Part shown: piece after piece, positions 38,678 to 47,644 of the stretch | How the letters are laid out: each line of letters opens with the position of its first letter | How positions within the stretch are numbered: position 1 is the stretch's first letter | NCBI GenBank assembly: GCA_964544365.1 | Contig: CAZJCW010000001.1 | Location: forward strand, 14,127 to 78,126 | DNA: 64,000 bases | Origin: an uncultured Alsobacter sp. | GTDB taxonomy: Bacteria > Pseudomonadota > Alphaproteobacteria > Rhizobiales > Beijerinckiaceae | Direction: 5' to 3' | Made by a program: the position numbers and the translations under genes | The notes under the pieces: model-generated | Told to the model about the DNA's origin: nothing | Seen by the model: only the letters and a program-made list of their open reading frames with translations | The model's database searches: none

Positions 38678-39853
38678 ATGCGGATCACGGCCGTCGAACC
38701 GATCCTTCTCAAAGGCGAAGAACGCTACGGCTCGACGGCCGGCGGCCAGGAAGCGACGGACAACGGGGACTGGCAACTTCTCGTCCGCGTGACCACCGAT
38801 GAGGGCCTCGAGGGATGGGCGGATGTCGAGACGCTGGCTCCGCCGGCTGTCGCCATCATCGCGGGGCCGGGCATGGCCGTGATGGGCTTCAAGTCGCTCT
38901 CCGAACTGCTCGTCGGCGAGAACCCGCTCGAAGTCGAGCGGCTGTGGGACCGCCTTTATGTTGGCAGTGCCTACTACGGACGTCGCGGCATCGCGATGCA
39001 GTGCATCTCCGCTATCGACAACTGCCTCTGGTCGATCCGCGCGCAGGCGGCTGGCGTCGCTCTGTCGACCCTGCTCGGCGGGCGGCGGCGTGACCGGATC
39101 ATGGCCTACGCCTCAACCCTTTTTCGAGACACGCCCGAGGGCATGGCCGCCGCCGCGAAGGGCTATGTCGACCTCGGCTTCCGGGCGGTGAAATTCGGCT
39201 GGGGCGTGTTCGGGGAGGACCCTGGCCGGGACCGGGAACTCGTGGCCGCGGCCCGATCGGTGCTGGGGCCGGACCGGGCCCTCCTTGTCGACCCAGGCTG
39301 GTATCCGGTCGGCTGGTCGAAGCCCGGCCAGATGCGCTCGCGCCGGGACGCCATCGCGCTGTGCGAATGGCTGGCCGAATACGATGTCGGCTGGGTCGAG
39401 GATTTCATTCATCCAGAGCGTTTCGACGAGTATGCCGCCATTCGCACCGCAAGCCCCGTGCCCGTGGCCGCGGGCGAGCAGGTAGCCACGGTCTGGGATT
39501 TCGAGCGATTCATCCGCGAGGGCTGTGTCGACGTCGTCCAGCCAGACCTTTCGCGCTGTGGCGGCCTCACCGTGGCGAAGCGGGTCGCCGAACTCGCGGA
39601 GGAAGCAGGCATCGACCTCGTGCCGCACTCCTGGCTCACCCATCTTCTGACCGGCTACAGCCTGCAACTGATCGCCACTCTCCCTCGCGCGCGCTTCGTG
39701 GAGTTCAATGTCAGCCAGAGCGGCCTCACCCGCGGCGTCACCCGCGGCACGCCGTTTCGGCTCGAGGCAGACGGCACGGTGCTGATTCCGGACGGACCGG
39801 GCATCGGCGTCGAGGTCGACGTCGATTTCGTCAACGCACATCGCGCCAACTGA
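38678..39853 (+). CDS. enolase-superfamily enzyme (MR subgroup; substrate unknown)
   Basis: Metal ligands and catalytic residues in the expected order: LLVDPG, WVEDF, AAGEQ, VQPDLSRCGG, VPHSW. Confidence 0.85.
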   Translation: MRITAVEPILLKGEERYGSTAGGQEATDNGDWQLLVRVTTDEGLEGWADVETLAPPAVAIIAGPGMAVMGFKSLSELLVGENPLEVERLWDRLYVGSAYYGRRGIAMQCISAIDNCLWSIRAQAAGVALSTLLGGRRRDRIMAYASTLFRDTPEGMAAAAKGYVDLGFRAVKFGWGVFGEDPGRDRELVAAARSVLGPDRALLVDPGWYPVGWSKPGQMRSRRDAIALCEWLAEYDVGWVEDFIHPERFDEYAAIRTASPVPVAAGEQVATVWDFERFIREGCVDVVQPDLSRCGGLTVAKRVAELAEEAGIDLVPHSWLTHLLTGYSLQLIATLPRARFVEFNVSQSGLTRGVTRGTPFRLEADGTVLIPDGPGIGVEVDVDFVNAHRAN

Positions 39854-39861
39854 GGGCTGCC

Positions 39862-40893
39862 ATGACCGAGCGTTTGATCGTCCGCCCATCCGGGCTCGAC
39901 CTCGAGAGTCCGGGCCGCCGCGACTATTTCGTCGCCCTGGAGCACGATTCCATCTGGGGAGATCATCTGATCCCCCTCACCGTCTTCGTCGGAGCGGAAG
40001 CAAGGGCGGGGCAGGGGCTCGTCGCGTTCGGCTCCAACCACGGCAACGAATACGAAGGCCCGATGGCCCTGCGCCATCTCATGGACGAGATCGCGCTGCC
40101 GGACGTGCGCGGCCGCATCATTCTGGTCCCGGTGTTGAACGTGGCAGCTTTCCGCGCGGGAACGCGGGACTCCACGCTCGATGACCGCGTCAACCTCAAC
40201 CGCGCCTTCGTCGATGGCGCCGGCCGGATCCCCGGCATCGCGGGCATTACACACCGCATCGCCGACTTCGTCCGGACGTCGATCTGGCAGCATGTCCACG
40301 TGGTGCTGGATCTTCATGCCGGCGGGCAAGTTGCGCGCTTCGCTCCGGGCGCGAGCTTCCATCCGATCGCCGATGCGGCCCAGAGCCGCCTCATCGAGGA
40401 AACCGCGCGGTGGTTCGGCACACCACTGGTCATCACCTATCAGAATGAGACGCCCGGTCTGCTCACCAGCGAGGCCGAACGGCTCGGCAAGATTACGGTC
40501 GGCACCGAGCTTGGCTGGGGCGGTGCCGTCAGCCATGACGGCGTGCGCTATGGCCGGCAAGGCGTGCGGGCGGCGGCGATCCACCACGGTCAGCTCGCCG
40601 GCACGATCGGGAAGATCGCGCACCACGCCGACGGAACGCAGCGCATGGTGGCGATGGTCGACCGTGCATGCTTCACGGTCGCGCCCTTCGCCGGCCACTA
40701 CGAGTCGCTGATGGCGTGCGGCACGGTAGTGCGGGCCGGCGATCCGGTGGGCCTGCTGCACGATTTCGAGCGCATCGACCTCCCGCCCTGGCCCGCCCGC
40801 GCGGGCGTGGACGGCATCGTCATCGCACAGGCCTGGGCCGCTCCCGTCCTGCAGGGTCAGCACATCGTGGTGACCGGCGTCGTTTCCGATTGA
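39862..40893 (+). CDS. succinylglutamate desuccinylase/aspartoacylase (AstE/AspA, M14-like) family deacylase
   Basis: ATG 39862. FGSNHGNEYEG (HxxE zinc motif), ILVPVLNVAAF, NLNRAF, DLHAGG. Confidence 0.8.
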   Translation: MTERLIVRPSGLDLESPGRRDYFVALEHDSIWGDHLIPLTVFVGAEARAGQGLVAFGSNHGNEYEGPMALRHLMDEIALPDVRGRIILVPVLNVAAFRAGTRDSTLDDRVNLNRAFVDGAGRIPGIAGITHRIADFVRTSIWQHVHVVLDLHAGGQVARFAPGASFHPIADAAQSRLIEETARWFGTPLVITYQNETPGLLTSEAERLGKITVGTELGWGGAVSHDGVRYGRQGVRAAAIHHGQLAGTIGKIAHHADGTQRMVAMVDRACFTVAPFAGHYESLMACGTVVRAGDPVGLLHDFERIDLPPWPARAGVDGIVIAQAWAAPVLQGQHIVVTGVVSD

Positions 40894-40912
40894 TCCCGCC
40901 GTAGCGACTCGG

Positions 40913-42463
40913 TCAATCGGCCGCCACAGCAGCGGCCGTGGGCAGGGTGACGTTCGTCAAGCCTTCGTTTGTCTCGCCCGTGCGCATGACCGCCACTGGA
41001 TTGGCGAAGTTTGATGGAAACACCGTCGGCTCGACTTGGGTCGTCGCCATCGTGCGAGCGACCGCCGCTTGCACGTCTGCTCCGAGACGGTGGTCGAGTG
41101 TCGCCGCGCCGACCGACGAGACGTCGATCCGGGGGTGATGGAACGCGTCCTGCAGCGACAGTTCGCCATCCAGGACGAGCGACGCGATCTGAACCACGGC
41201 GGGCAGGATCTTTCGTCCTCCGGATGCGCCGACTGCGAGCCATGGTTTCCCGTCACGGCTTACGACGACGGGACACATGTTCGTCAGCGGACGCCGGCCC
41301 GCGGCAATGCTGTTGGGATGCCCAGGTCGGGGATCGAACCACATCATTCCGTTGTTCATGAGTATCCCCGTTTCCGGCAGCACCACACGCGATCCGAAAC
41401 GGGACAGAAGGGTGTTGGTGAGCGAAACCATCCCCCCCTGCTCATCAACCACCGAGACATGTGTCGTGCAGCCTTGACCGGGAAGATCCTCCTCGCCGAC
41501 ACCGGCCAGGCGCTCGGCATAGGCATCCGACAAGGCTTTGGCCAGGGCCGCCACTGCCGTTGCATCCGGCGGACCGGGAGAACGCCGGGGAAGCGACTGG
41601 AAAATCCGCGAGAGCGTGATGCCTGCAAACAGACCGGGCATCGCATGAATTGTTGCTTCGCCCCGAGGTACCGCAAGAGGTGTTGCGATGCGGGCGCGGT
41701 ATTGTGCGAAATCGTCGAGCGAGAGAGCGCTTCCGCCCTTTCTGAGGTCACCCACGATCGCGGCGGCCAGGTCGCCCCGATAGTAGTCCTCCCAGCCCCG
41801 CTCCGCGAGGTGTTGGAACGTGGCCGCCAGCGGTGCGAGGTCGAGCCGTATCGGTGTCTGCATCGACATCGAGATCGGAGGCAGGCCGTTCGGGAGGTAG
41901 CGGCGCGCTGCGGCTTCGTCCTCGCGGAGGTCGTGGGCCTCGGCAGCAATGTTGAGGGTGCTCCACCAGTCGATCCGGTGCCCGGCACGGGCCAGCCTCA
42001 CGGCCGGCGCCACCACGTCGCTCCAGGGCAACCGGCCGAACGTGTCATGAGCCAGGCCGAGACCGGCGATCGTGCCGGGAACGACGATCGACTCGTATCC
42101 CCTGATATTGCGGTCCTCGACCACGCCGGGCCAGCCGAACAGATCCTGCCGCCCCGTCAGACCAGTCAGGGCATAGCGGGCCGGGTCGAGCTCCCGTGCC
42201 GCGATCGGGCCGAAGTCGATCGCCACGGGCGCGCCGCCGGCAGGATGAACGATCATCGCGCCGATCCCGCCAATGCCGCTCATCCAGGGCTCGGCAATCG
42301 TCAGTGCCAGCGCCGTGGCGACTGCGGCATCAACAGCGTTCCCGCCGGCGCGCAGGATTTCTGCCCCGGCGTCGGCGGCCGTGCGGTTCTGAGCCGCTAC
42401 AATGCCGGACTTGCTGCGAGTCACGGGCTTGGCGATCGCCCAGTGTTCGACGGTCTGAATCAT
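40913..42463 (-). CDS. gamma-glutamyltransferase family protein (no signal peptide, probably cytoplasmic)
   Basis: GIVAAQNRTAADAGAEILRAGGNAVDAAVA, autoprocessing/nucleophile region GQGCTTHVSVVDEQGGMVSLTNTL, and GASGGRKI. Confidence 0.9.
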   Translation of the reverse strand: MIQTVEHWAIAKPVTRSKSGIVAAQNRTAADAGAEILRAGGNAVDAAVATALALTIAEPWMSGIGGIGAMIVHPAGGAPVAIDFGPIAARELDPARYALTGLTGRQDLFGWPGVVEDRNIRGYESIVVPGTIAGLGLAHDTFGRLPWSDVVAPAVRLARAGHRIDWWSTLNIAAEAHDLREDEAAARRYLPNGLPPISMSMQTPIRLDLAPLAATFQHLAERGWEDYYRGDLAAAIVGDLRKGGSALSLDDFAQYRARIATPLAVPRGEATIHAMPGLFAGITLSRIFQSLPRRSPGPPDATAVAALAKALSDAYAERLAGVGEEDLPGQGCTTHVSVVDEQGGMVSLTNTLLSRFGSRVVLPETGILMNNGMMWFDPRPGHPNSIAAGRRPLTNMCPVVVSRDGKPWLAVGASGGRKILPAVVQIASLVLDGELSLQDAFHHPRIDVSSVGAATLDHRLGADVQAAVARTMATTQVEPTVFPSNFANPVAVMRTGETNEGLTNVTLPTAAAVAAD

Positions 42464-42610
42464 GATCGAGGTTCCTGCTTCGCAAACAGCGTAGCCGGTA
42501 AGCCTGCGTCGATCACCTGTCGTCAGCGAGAGGGTGGGGGGACCCGGCCTTCAATGGGGGCTCCGAAGCTCCGACGCCACGGCACCCCGTGACGTCGTCT
42601 TCGATGGACG

Positions 42611-43084
42611 CTACGCGCGCCGCGGGTCTCGGACGGAGCCGGCTCCGAGCAGGCCCGAAAGCTTTTCGGTCAATCCCGCTTTCCGTCCCGTCGCGGCAGA
42701 CTGGATATTGAGCGAGCACACGTCGTTGACGGCGGTCCGCAGCGCCTCGACGGAGAAGGGCTTCGGCAGGAAGGATTTCGCGCCCAGCAGCCTGGCTTTT
42801 TCCATGATCGGCTGAGAACCGTGCGCCGAGATGATGACGACCGGCGTGGAGGGGTGGCTGGAGCGAGCTGCGCGCAAGAATTCCTCGCCGCTCATGGTTT
42901 CCATGCACCAGTCGCAGAGGATCACGTCATAGGATGTGCGGCTCATCCTCTCCAGGGCTTCTGCGCCGTTCTGGGCATGATCGACGTTCACGACGCCGAA
43001 CTGCCGCAGCATTGTCGTGATGATCCTGCGCATCGTCGCGTAGTCGTCGACGACCAGGACCTGGGTCTCTTCAACGATCTTCAT
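42611..43084 (-). CDS. single-domain response regulator (CheY-like receiver with a tail of about 35 aa)
   Basis: VLVVDD (acidic pair), DVILCDWCM (phospho-acceptor Asp), VVIISAH, LPKPF (conserved Lys). No output domain and no histidine kinase within the window. Confidence 0.9.
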   Translation of the reverse strand: MKIVEETQVLVVDDYATMRRIITTMLRQFGVVNVDHAQNGAEALERMSRTSYDVILCDWCMETMSGEEFLRAARSSHPSTPVVIISAHGSQPIMEKARLLGAKSFLPKPFSVEALRTAVNDVCSLNIQSAATGRKAGLTEKLSGLLGAGSVRDPRRA

Positions 43085-43305
43085 GGCAACTCCAGAAATG
43101 GAAACCCGGCTGCAATCAGCCGTTTCATCAAGAGGAGTGTACAGGAGACGGATCAGGAAGTGTCGGAAGTCGATAATCGGAGATAACTGACTGTAAATGC
43201 GACAAATTAGGGCGTGAGTTGATTTTTGTCGCTGACAAAACGACCAGATGCCGGGTGGTTTCGCAGACTAAAGTCATGATCTTGAAGTCGGCAGGAAAGG
43301 TTTTC

Positions 43306-44352
43306 CTATTCAGCTGCTTGGGGCTTGAGATCGTCTTGCACGAAGCGTCCGTTCTCGATGATGGGGACGCCATCCACGGACAGGCTTGCCTGCCGCAGGC
43401 ATAGCCCGAGATGTGCGTTCGACCTGTTTCGTCCCCGGAAGACAACATCGTCGTTGCTGCCTATTTCCACCTGGATCGAACCCAGGAACCCTTCGTTGTC
43501 CGCGCCTCCCCCACCGGCGTCGGGCGTCTGGTGGATGGCCTGAAGCCACTTTGCGCGATGGTCGGTACCCCAGGCCATATGGCCCGCCATGAAGGCGTTG
43601 TCGCACTGCGCGGCCTCGAGTTCGGTTCGGATCAGGACGGCGTCCAGGCCGCCTTCGAAGGCGACAGCCCGACCGGCGCGGAAAGTAATCGCCGTGGGAC
43701 GCTCGATCATCCGTCCCAGCTGGAAGCAGCAGTCGCCGGTATCGAGCACCAGCGTTCCCTCCGTCGTTCCCTCCAGTTGCGCGGACTGGACCATCCCGCC
43801 GCCCCAGAAGTCGAGATGTCCCGGCTCGTCTGCCGCGCCGTAGTGTGCCAGTCCGGCGCGGCCGGTCTTGTCCATCACGATGTCCGTCCCGGCCTGCGAT
43901 GTGATGCGGATGATGCGTGCGGTGTCGAGGAGAGAGGCACCGGCGCGGGTCCGGCGGCGGACTTCGGGGTCGGCCTTCAGGCGTTCCATCACGTGGATCG
44001 GTTGCATGACGCACAGAACACGCGCTCCCGCATCGAGCGCGGCCCGGATCTCCGGCTGGTAGTGCAGCTTGAAGGTGGTCATGTAGACGATCAGGTTCGC
44101 GTGGCGGCACACGTCGGCCAGCGATCTGGCGGGCAGCGGACGATGGGTTGGAAACACCACCTGGTAGGCCTCCGCCCCCAGCGCATGGGCCGCGCCCATG
44201 CACGCGGCGGCGTAGGCGGGGTTCCAGGCGGTGTCGGTGATGCACAGGCAGAGCTCGCCCGGCTGGAGCCGGCACATGGCGAGCTGGTGCCTGAACAGAT
44301 CGACGAGTTCGACCGCGAAGGAGTGGCTGGTGAAGCTTCGCCCGTAGGCCAT
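43306..44352 (-). CDS. NicX-like protein (2,5-dihydroxypyridine dioxygenase / aminopeptidase-T M29 fold)
   Basis: 348 aa. YGAADEPGHLDFWGGG, EGTLVLDTGDCCFQLG and NAHLGLCLRQASLSVDG align by eye with P. putida NicX (YGYADEPGRWDHWPSG, EGTLVLDVGDIILPF, PCHLDIPLRNCDIYLDD) as I recall that sequence. Confidence 0.65.
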   Translation of the reverse strand: MAYGRSFTSHSFAVELVDLFRHQLAMCRLQPGELCLCITDTAWNPAYAAACMGAAHALGAEAYQVVFPTHRPLPARSLADVCRHANLIVYMTTFKLHYQPEIRAALDAGARVLCVMQPIHVMERLKADPEVRRRTRAGASLLDTARIIRITSQAGTDIVMDKTGRAGLAHYGAADEPGHLDFWGGGMVQSAQLEGTTEGTLVLDTGDCCFQLGRMIERPTAITFRAGRAVAFEGGLDAVLIRTELEAAQCDNAFMAGHMAWGTDHRAKWLQAIHQTPDAGGGGADNEGFLGSIQVEIGSNDDVVFRGRNRSNAHLGLCLRQASLSVDGVPIIENGRFVQDDLKPQAAE

Positions 44353-44457
44353 GTCCGTCCCCTCGGCGTCGGTCGTGCCGTGGCGGCACCGGGGAAAGGT
44401 GCGCGTCGCCCGCGTCGCGGGTCAAGCACCCGATCGGAGAACCACGCCTGTCTCCGG

Positions 44458-45387
44458 CTAGCCCCGGCGTCCGGCGCGCGTCGATCCGAGGACAAGACAC
44501 GCGCCGCCGGCCTTGCGCAGGCGCTGGCACAGCCCCTCGGCCTCGCCTCGGGTGTCCGCGCCCGCACGCACCTGGTAGAAGGCACGCGGACCACGGCTGC
44601 GCAGGACGCTGCGCAGGATCATCGGGTCACGCCCGGCGAGGAGCGCCGAAAAGCGTCGCTCCGCGGTCGCGTAGGCCGCGAGTGCGCGGGAGCGGCTGAA
44701 GCCGGCGCTGAGCTGAACGCCCCACGGCTTCGCGACCCCGTCCTCGACGCGTTTCTCGAGCGCAGCCAGGAACATGGAGCGGACGGGAGCGGCCAGGCCG
44801 GCGCGGACGTCGCTGCAGGACCCCCCTTGCGCGAGGGCGAGGTCCTTCCCGTCCCGACGGGCCGCGATCCAATCCTCGACCGGGTGGCCGGTGATGACGG
44901 CGACGTAGTTGCGGGTCTCGGCCGGTACCGTGGCGGCGCCGCGCAGGACATTGTCCATCCGGCCCGGCCCTGCATTGTAGGCCGCCGCGGCGAGACCGAG
45001 ATTGCCGAAGCGATCCTTGAGCGACTTGAGGAACGCGGCGGAGCGTGGAAGCGCCTGGACGGGATCGAACGGATCCAGCAGGCCCTGTTCCGCCGCCGTC
45101 GCGGGCATGAACTGGGCAATGCCTTGCGCCCGAACGCCGAACCGCGTCACCGGACCTTCGACATGCGGGCGGAAACTGCTTTCCTGGTTGATCAGACGGG
45201 CAAAGAAGCCGATGGGAAGGTCGTTCGCCACGGCTGCCGACTCGACCAGAAGACAGATCGCGTCGGCGACCGGCGTCTCGATCGTCTTCCCGCCGCCCCG
45301 GCCGGGCAGGGGGTCGCCCTCCATCGCCGCCATGGCCTGCGGCCCGACGAGGGTCGCGGCGAGCATGACGACCAGACTCAACCTCAC
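44458..45387 (-). CDS. lytic transglycosylase (SLT domain) with a C-terminal SPOR-like peptidoglycan-binding domain
   Basis: GTG 45387 forms a GTGA overlap with the methyltransferase stop; ATG 45366 is an alternative. SLT motifs: LINQESSFRP (catalytic Glu-Ser), GIAQFMPATA, AAAAYNAGPGRM. The C-terminal segment WGVQLSAGFSRSRALAAY...FYQVRAGADTRGEAEGLCQRLRKAGGAC is SPOR-like. Confidence 0.82.
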   Translation of the reverse strand: MRLSLVVMLAATLVGPQAMAAMEGDPLPGRGGGKTIETPVADAICLLVESAAVANDLPIGFFARLINQESSFRPHVEGPVTRFGVRAQGIAQFMPATAAEQGLLDPFDPVQALPRSAAFLKSLKDRFGNLGLAAAAYNAGPGRMDNVLRGAATVPAETRNYVAVITGHPVEDWIAARRDGKDLALAQGGSCSDVRAGLAAPVRSMFLAALEKRVEDGVAKPWGVQLSAGFSRSRALAAYATAERRFSALLAGRDPMILRSVLRSRGPRAFYQVRAGADTRGEAEGLCQRLRKAGGACLVLGSTRAGRRG

Positions 45388-46079
45388 GGCGTATCGTCGC
45401 CGGGAGCTTCGGGCTGGAGGCTCAACTCCAGCGCGAAGGGTTGGTCCTGCCTGCGCTTGCGCATCTTCGGGTGCGGCGTACGAAAGTCGGCCGGCCGCCA
45501 CGTCCGGGACCGCCGAAAGACGAGCCCGGCGTCAGCCGCGGCGAGCCGGAAGTCGTCCAGTCGGTGGGGGTAGGTCGGCATGTGGACGAAGTCGTCCCCG
45601 TCCCGGAAATGCGCCGCGACGCCTTGCGCCGCGAGTTCGGGGTGGATCTCCACCACCGCGATCCGTCCGCCCGGCTTCAGGAGGCGCCGGGCCTCCCGGA
45701 GAGGAGGGCCGAGGGCGGCGACATGCTCCAGCACGAGGCAGAACAGCACCAGGTCCGCCGCGCCGTCGCGGAAGGGCAGGGGCTTTGTCAGGTCGGTGCA
45801 GGACAGCGCGAGGACGGGAGCCTTGGCCCGGGCCGCCGCGAGCATCCCGGCCGAGAAGTCGCAACCGATCACGGACGCCGCGCCGGCGTCGGAGAAGGCG
45901 AGGAGGTTGCGCCCGGTGCCGCAGCCGAGTTCGATCACGTCCCGGCCGCGCACGTCCCCGGCGAGGCCGGCGACGATCTCCGTCGCGGCTCCCACCATCG
46001 GGTTGTCATAGGCGTCGTACAGCCGCGACCAGCGGTCGTAGGCCTGCCGGACGGGCACGAGGGGACCATCGATGACCAT
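45384..46079 (-). CDS. class I SAM-dependent methyltransferase
   Basis: Motif I is VIELGCGTGRN; post-I is VIGCDFS; RLLKPGGRIAVVE. Confidence 0.85.
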   Translation of the reverse strand: MVIDGPLVPVRQAYDRWSRLYDAYDNPMVGAATEIVAGLAGDVRGRDVIELGCGTGRNLLAFSDAGAASVIGCDFSAGMLAAARAKAPVLALSCTDLTKPLPFRDGAADLVLFCLVLEHVAALGPPLREARRLLKPGGRIAVVEIHPELAAQGVAAHFRDGDDFVHMPTYPHRLDDFRLAAADAGLVFRRSRTWRPADFRTPHPKMRKRRQDQPFALELSLQPEAPGDDTP

Positions 46080-46138
46080 GCCGCCGATGATGGGGCAGCA
46101 GGCCGGGTCCGGGCAACCCTTCCGCCCGTGCCGACGGC

Positions 46139-47575
46139 TCAGGCGTAGGCGGGCCCGGTGCCCCGCGGAGTCGCGTAGGGCGACAGCGCACGCTTGAGGA
46201 AGCGACCCTGTCCCGGCACGGCGAGCACGGTGCCGTCGTCATAGGCGAGGGCGCCACGCAGGATCGTCTTCACGGGCCAGCCGGTCACCTCGTAGCCCTC
46301 CCACGGGGTGTAGTCGGCGCCGTGGTGCATGAGGGACTGGCTGATCGTGACCTTCCGCTTCGCATCCCACAGCACGATGTCGGCGTCGGCCCCCACGGCG
46401 AGCGATCCCTTGCGCGGGTAGAGGCCGTACATCTTGGCGTGGTTCGTGGAGGTGAGGGCGACGAATTGCTCCAGCGTGATCCGCCCCTTCACGACACCCT
46501 CGGAGAACAGCACGGGCATGCGGACCTCCACGCCGGGAATGCCGTTGGGCACCCACTTGAAGGACGTGCGCGCCTTGGCATTGAGCTTTCCGGCATCGCC
46601 CTCGTAGAAATAGGGGCAGTGATCGGACGAGAATGTCTGGAACACGCCGGTCGCGATGCCCTCCCAGATCGCGTCCCAGTCCTGCCGCGTGCGCGGGGGA
46701 GGGGAGCAGACATACTTGCCCCCGCTCTCGTCCATGTTCAGACCCTTCAGGTCGTCCGCCGTGAGCGAGATGTATTGCGTGCAGGTCTCTCCGTAGACCT
46801 TGAGGCCGCGCTGCTGCGCCCAGCGGATCTGCTCCATCGCCTCGCGACCCGAGACGTGGACGATCATGATCGGCACGTCGATCAGCTCGGAATGGGAGAT
46901 GGCGCGGTGGGCCGCCTCGCGCTCGACGACCTGCGGCCGGGACACGGCGTGGAAATAGGGCGCCGTCCGGCCCGCCGCCTCGAGGCGCTCGGTCATGAAC
47001 TTGATCGCGTCGTAGCCCTCGCAGTGCACCATCACGAGCGCCTTCTCGCGCCGGGCGCAGTCGAACACCTCGAGGAGCTGGCGGTCGTTCAGGACCATGT
47101 CGTCGTAGGTCATGAACACCTTGAAGGAGGTGTAGCCGTCGGCGACCAGCGCCGGCAGCTCCTGGCCCAGCACCGTGGCGGACGGATCGGTGACGATGAG
47201 GTGGAAGCCGTAGTCGACGAGGCACTGGCCGTCGGCCAGCTTGTGGTACGCCTTGACGCTCTCGCGCAGCGAGGCGCCGCGGGGCTGCAGGGCGAAGGGA
47301 ATGATGGTGGTGTTGCCGCCGGCGATGGCCGAGCGGGAGCCCGTCTCGAACCCGTCCGCCATCTGTGCCCCGTAGGCAAGCTGGGCGAGGTGGACATGGC
47401 TGTCGATGCCGCCGGGCATGACCAGCAGGTCGGTCGCGTCGATGGTCTGCGCCGCGTCGGACACCTCGGCGGCGAGCACCGCAATCCGGCCGTCCTTCAC
47501 GCCGATGTCGCATCGCGTGACGTCGGCCGCCGTCACCACCGTGCCGCCGCGGATGGCAAGGTCGAACTGCGCCAT
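46139..47575 (-). CDS. dihydropyrimidinase / D-hydantoinase (cyclic amidohydrolase)
   Basis: FDLAIRGGTVVTA...VMPGGIDSHVHL (HxH), FKVFMTYD (carboxylated-Lys region), VMVHCEG, SSDHCP. Confidence 0.9.
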   Translation of the reverse strand: MAQFDLAIRGGTVVTAADVTRCDIGVKDGRIAVLAAEVSDAAQTIDATDLLVMPGGIDSHVHLAQLAYGAQMADGFETGSRSAIAGGNTTIIPFALQPRGASLRESVKAYHKLADGQCLVDYGFHLIVTDPSATVLGQELPALVADGYTSFKVFMTYDDMVLNDRQLLEVFDCARREKALVMVHCEGYDAIKFMTERLEAAGRTAPYFHAVSRPQVVEREAAHRAISHSELIDVPIMIVHVSGREAMEQIRWAQQRGLKVYGETCTQYISLTADDLKGLNMDESGGKYVCSPPPRTRQDWDAIWEGIATGVFQTFSSDHCPYFYEGDAGKLNAKARTSFKWVPNGIPGVEVRMPVLFSEGVVKGRITLEQFVALTSTNHAKMYGLYPRKGSLAVGADADIVLWDAKRKVTISQSLMHHGADYTPWEGYEVTGWPVKTILRGALAYDDGTVLAVPGQGRFLKRALSPYATPRGTGPAYA

Positions 47576-47644
47576 GGTCTCGAACTCCTGATAGCGGGGC
47601 CGTCGCGCGCGGACGTGCGCCGGCGGCGGTGGATGCGGACTGGT

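Noticed and set aside
41036-42592. 518-codon plus-strand ORF
   Set aside because: It is antisense to the GGT-family gene, and its translation is Arg-rich and motif-less.
43411-45573. 720-codon plus-strand ORF, the longest in this part of the track
   Set aside because: It runs antisense to three genes with clear family motifs (NicX-like, SLT-SPOR, methyltransferase). Its translation is dominated by Arg/Gly/Ala/Pro/Asp with no recognisable motif. This is a typical high-GC shadow ORF.
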